A stretch of 64,000 nucleotides of DNA, from assembly GCA_964036045.1 (NCBI GenBank), contig OZ038378.1:163184001-163248000 (forward strand). The letters run 5' to 3'. Shown here piece after piece: positions 59,892 through 64,000 of the stretch. Origin of the DNA: Eutreptiella sp. 'Long Island Sound 2002' (Eukaryota; Protista; Euglenida). The notes beneath the pieces are model-generated. The model searched no databases. It was not told the DNA's origin and saw only the letters and a program-made list of their open reading frames with translations. Every line of letters starts with the position of its first letter. The first letter of the stretch is position 1. The position numbers and the translations under genes are program-made.

Positions 59892-61527
59892 GGAACACAT
59901 GGAGGGGATCTGGCACGGAGTTGCATGAGTACGTGTGTGTACTCTTGCATTTGCAGCAATTTTTGATTCGAAGACAGGTACGGTACCCTCCATATGGTCC
60001 GTGGGAACATGTACCTGCACATGTATGGACAGCACCTACACAGGAGGACAATGATGATGAGGATGTTGTGGGTGATGATGGGGATGTGTGTGGCCTTTGT
60101 TGCACCAAGTCTGACCCTGAGAAGATGTCCATGTGTGACAAGTGTGAGCTGCAATATTTTACGGATTGCATTGACACACATACATGTGACAATGTGAATT
60201 TTGTTTGATTCTGCAACTGTGTCATGTTGTACACACAAGTTGCCTATTCTCAATGTGTACTTAGTTGACAATGGACCAGAGAGACAGGTGTGTGTTCTTG
60301 AGGGTGGAGACCAATGCGCTGTTCATGGCCTTTCCAGTTGTGCATGATGTGTGCTATGTGAAGGGAAGGTAGTTTGCAACTTTCTTGAGCTAGAATAGTT
60401 TGGGTCACCTAATTCTAAGGGCGTTTCCAAGGGGTGTGCTTGGGGGCTCTTCGGGGGGAACATAGTCTAAAAGTAGCGCGCAATGCGCGCGCAGTGCAAA
60501 GACTCCCCCATTGAGTGTTACCGCCGGATGCGATGATTTAGGAAAATGGGGGAAAATGGGGGAAAGTGTGGGGAGTTTTGGATGATCGATGGAAAACTGG
60601 AGAAGTTTGTGGCTAAAAAGGCCCAAAAACATGGTTTTGATTGGCAGCAAGACTATGGTGGGGGTGCATTGGTGAAAGCTCCCAAGCTGTGCCAATGGCT
60701 GCTCCGTACATTTCAGCCCTGTAGGACTACTGTGGGCCCGCCTCCCGGGCGAGGATGCGAAGACGTCCTTTTGTCACTGCTTGCGCCCGCTGCCTGGTGT
60801 TCCGAGCCCGCAATCTCAACTGTTTGAAGGCTGCTGTCGGAGTATAGGGCCGTTCCGGTTGGCGGTTGCTGGTTTTGAGTTGCATGGTATGCCCGCGATG
60901 GTGACAGGGCGGTATCCAGCGGGCACTATGCCCGCCGATGGGGTCTTCGTGGCACCGGTGTGGGGCAATGTAGTGGCGCACGTGGAGGGCATCCCCCACC
61001 TATTCTTTGTGGGTTGACAGGGGGACGCCGTCATCGGAGTTGTCGCTATCGATGAGGTTGGACCCCCGGCCGGCCGCGGCGGAAGTGCTATATGAAGTGC
61101 GGTGCGAGCACCCAGCTGGGTGAGTATGGCTAGGTAGTTGCGGATAGGCACAGCTCGGGAGGCCAAGTCTTTGCTGAGGTTGCAGCCAATGGATCCCGGA
61201 CGTGAGCATACCGTGTTCTGTACCATTGTGATGATGCGTGCGCTAGGGAATGCCATGCACGCAGTGCGAAGTTTTGGGTGCCGGCAAATACTTGAACCCT
61301 AGTTTCGGCCGCCTTTGACAAGTTTTCACAAGTTCACCCGGGGTTTTTTTACCTTCTTAAGCATTTGGGATGTGGCATATTTGAATTGTCAACTATTTTT
61401 GCCCATTTTCAACCACCTGCACCTCCCTACCTAGGCAGTTTTTCTGTCAATTTGTTTTCAATGAGTGCCAAGGACCGGCATGACATGCAACCACTTTTAG
61501 ACTCCCATTAGCCTCCCGCCACAGCAG

Positions 61528-61812
61528 AGGAGAGGATTGCTGAACAAGCCAGAAAAATTCAGCCGCTACGTGAGCAACTGGCCAGAGCATCGGTCAAGGA
61601 AAGTCCGACCCTCCCTCCCTTGTCCGTGCCGGAGTTGAACAAGGCCCTCGAACGACCCCAGCCGCAGTGGATGAGACTTATCGTCTCTAACTTGAAAGCC
61701 TATGTCACGCTGAGGGCTAGAAAAGTTGCCGAGGTCCCGAGACTCTCGCGGCCAGAGGAGTTCAAGGGCACAGTTGTATTTTACAAGGCTGAGTGGCTTC
61801 TTCATAACGACA
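61528..61812 (+). CDS. Candidate orphan exon (coiled-coil-like) of an unidentified gene
   Basis: ccacagcAG acceptor and GTTGAT donor; open frame EERIAEQARKIQPLREQLARAS...WMRLIVSNLKAYVTLRARK...YKAEWLLHND. Confidence 0.4.
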
Positions 61813-61859
61813 GTTGATTACCAAGTTTGAAGGCAGTTTCGTTGTTCTCATGTGGGCTT

Positions 61860-62970
61860 TGCTGCTTCGTTGTGCTACTAGACAGGTGATGGGTATTCTT
61901 GGGTGAGTATGTGAGCCTTTGCTTGTGCAGTATGCACGCAATGCACACACAATGCGAGATTGGCCCTATGGGCTGAAAACAGTTGGTGCAACCCCATTCC
62001 TCCTAGGCAGTGTGGGGAAGTGACATGGAAGACGCTGTATGATTTGTGAATGTCAACCTTATTGGGTTCCATGCCCTCTGCCATAAGCACGAACCGCAAG
62101 CACTTGGAGTCCATGGCTTTGAACATGGAGTCGTTGGAGAGAAACAAGGTGCATTACGTCTACTTTGGGATCAGGACAGTGTTTAGCAGCTGCACCTGCT
62201 CGAAAGCGTTCAGTGGTAGGTATTGGTATCGCACCAGATCAGCTGCAGCCGTCCCCACGAAGTCATCGCGTGCCTTTTGTTCCCACGTCGGATAAAATTT
62301 ACCAGTAAGCAAAATATTTATGTGGGTGTAGCCATAACAAGTATGGGTAAATATAGAAACGAGTTTGAATCCGTCGGTTTTCCGGTTCATACGGTGTGAC
62401 ACAAGCAACACACAGTGTAGAGGAAAACCTATTTTTTTTGTGAAACAAAAATGCCCTAAGTGGGTACCATTAGCTAAATTGCTGCCTTCAGCAGCTGTTG
62501 GCAATTCCAAGCACTGATTTGCTTGAGAAGTAGAAAATGAATTCATTGTAAAAGAAAACAAGATGTTGATAGCTCGAATATGTAAATGTGTCTCGGGAAT
62601 TCCAGCAAATCTAATAGTTAGGAATCACAAATGATTGCAATATAATGTGGCCCAAGATTTTCTTTTTCAACATACCGTACACCGGGACACATTTTTTAAA
62701 TTTTCCTCAATGCAAAGGGTTGTATGGTGTTTTGTAAATTCATTATCAAAAATGATTTGAGGCACATAAAACTTTTCAAATGACATTGATTTCATTAGAA
62801 GCACAAAAGGATACTAACAAAAATGTAATGAATTTCGATTTCACAAAATGAGCAAATGACACATGACACATCATTTTGAAAAGAGTGGTGGTGCTGGGTG
62901 GGGGAGATGAACTAGGGATGGAATTTTGACTTGTTTGCCACAAAAGGAATGAATGGCCGGATGACATAGG
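61860..62970 (-). pseudogene. Decayed non-LTR retrotransposon (L1/Tx1-like RT C-terminal region)
   Basis: YQYLPLNAFEQVQLLNTVLIPK and PHCLGGMGL (GGLG-like) segments in consecutive minus-strand frames. Confidence 0.5.
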
Positions 62971-64000
62971 TTTTGAAGGTAAGAGGCTGTATGAGTTTAC
63001 TTTTTAAAAGAGAGGTAGGTGTTTATGTTTTCAAGCACTATTTTTTTTTAGGCCTCTTTTGCAAAAATTTCAAAGACAGCTTCTTAAAATTTGTTACCAT
63101 TTTCACAGAAAGTTAACAAAAAGTAATAGCCCTTTTGACAAGTAAATTTTGTAGGGTGTTTGTATGGTTGTATTTACGAATGATGCAAAGGTTGTACTAT
63201 GCACGAATAGTACAAATTGCCAAAGTTATCCGCATTCTTAAAAATAAAATTCAAACACGCTTTCTACTGATTTCACGTGCTTCATAATCGTACTTGATGA
63301 GTTCTCTTCCGTGATTTGCCTGTTGCTTTGCGTATCAGGGTATCTGCAATTTGTTGTTTGGTGAACTGTCACAATGTAAATGTGTTTATTTATCCCCATT
63401 CTTCTTTGTGGTGCTCAAGAGTTTTGGCATCCTTGGCTACTGACCATTCAAATGGCTTTGGTGATTTTGGCAACTCAATTCGTGGAAGTGAGAAAGAAGG
63501 TAGAGCTCTCAAAGCACATGTTGGTATTTTTTTTTGTTTGCGCTGTGTGTCCCCGCATTACCCCCGGGGCAGTAGGGTACATGTTGGTATTTGTCTCCAA
63601 GATAGATTGAATCCACCATGTTCAAAGTAATGCAAGGCTCTACAAGAATTAAAGATCTAGTCACCAAAGACGAGCTGTAGATGGCGGCAAAACAACGAAC
63701 AAACAAAAATTGATTAAGCAAACAACATTGCAAAAGCTTTTATTCAAATTTTCTTGTGCACTCTTTTTGATGAAATTGCCATTGGTTAAGCATATAGGAC
63801 ACTGTGTATCTCGAGACGCAGAAGTTTCTATGGCTAGGGCTTGGGCAAGTAACTGCATGGCAATTACCTCAAATTTGATTCATAGACCACTACATTTCAC
63901 CCGCATATTCCAAACAAGGAAGGGTGTATATTTTAATTCGGTACACACTCTTTACATGACTGATGATACCTCCGTCCTCATGAGTGGTAGGAGCGAATTT

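Larger units (their letters stand above)
54848..60208 (+). pseudogene. Interrupted DNA-transposon gene: Tudor/SH3-like N-terminus, Pro-rich linker, DDE_Tnp_4 (PIF/Harbinger/ISL2EU-like) transposase and degenerate PHD finger
   Basis: 54848-55269 and 57989-58169 join in frame across the nested insertion; GT-AG introns 58170-58275 and 58346-~58424; ORF 58392-59891 has an HTH_Tnp_4-like LFRFFFFLKH...EIRWTER segment and YVDSRPI...FNPKY...YKVTVAIDSLGNIVWICPLAPGTS; the next frame has IVRNTWRG and CGLC...CDKC...C. Confidence 0.7.

Overview
Repeat-rich eukaryotic (protist-like) genomic DNA with canonical GT-AG introns. A euglenozoan origin is suggested by the VIPER/TATE-type retroelement, but this is inference. 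Left half (1-34 kb): (i) a >18 kb minus-strand ankyrin-repeat gene built mostly from one-repeat-per-exon, phase-1 modules; (ii) a small two-exon secreted-protein gene; (iii) a plus-strand multi-exon gene encoding PH + DysF + RING-like + DysF domains. The introns contain microsatellites, tRNA-derived SINE-like copies, a foldback element and a tandem duplication with a dead exon copy. Right half (35-64 kb) is mostly decayed mobile DNA: a tyrosine-recombinase retrotransposon (gag-YR-RT/RNaseH order, split direct repeats), LINE relics, a PD-(D/E)XK-like relic between GGGCAGTGGG arrays, and a DDE_Tnp_4 (PIF/Harbinger/ISL2EU-like) transposase locus with a Tudor-like N-terminus and a degenerate PHD finger. 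The most striking feature is a 2.7-kb CACTA/CMC-like element (24-bp perfect TIRs starting CCCTAGTG, AA target duplication, GTTCAAC subterminal repeats) inserted in that locus. Its only cargo is a TET/JBP-like 2OG-Fe(II) dioxygenase gene, i.e. a candidate mobile DNA-base-modifying enzyme. All calls were made by eye; no database searches were run.
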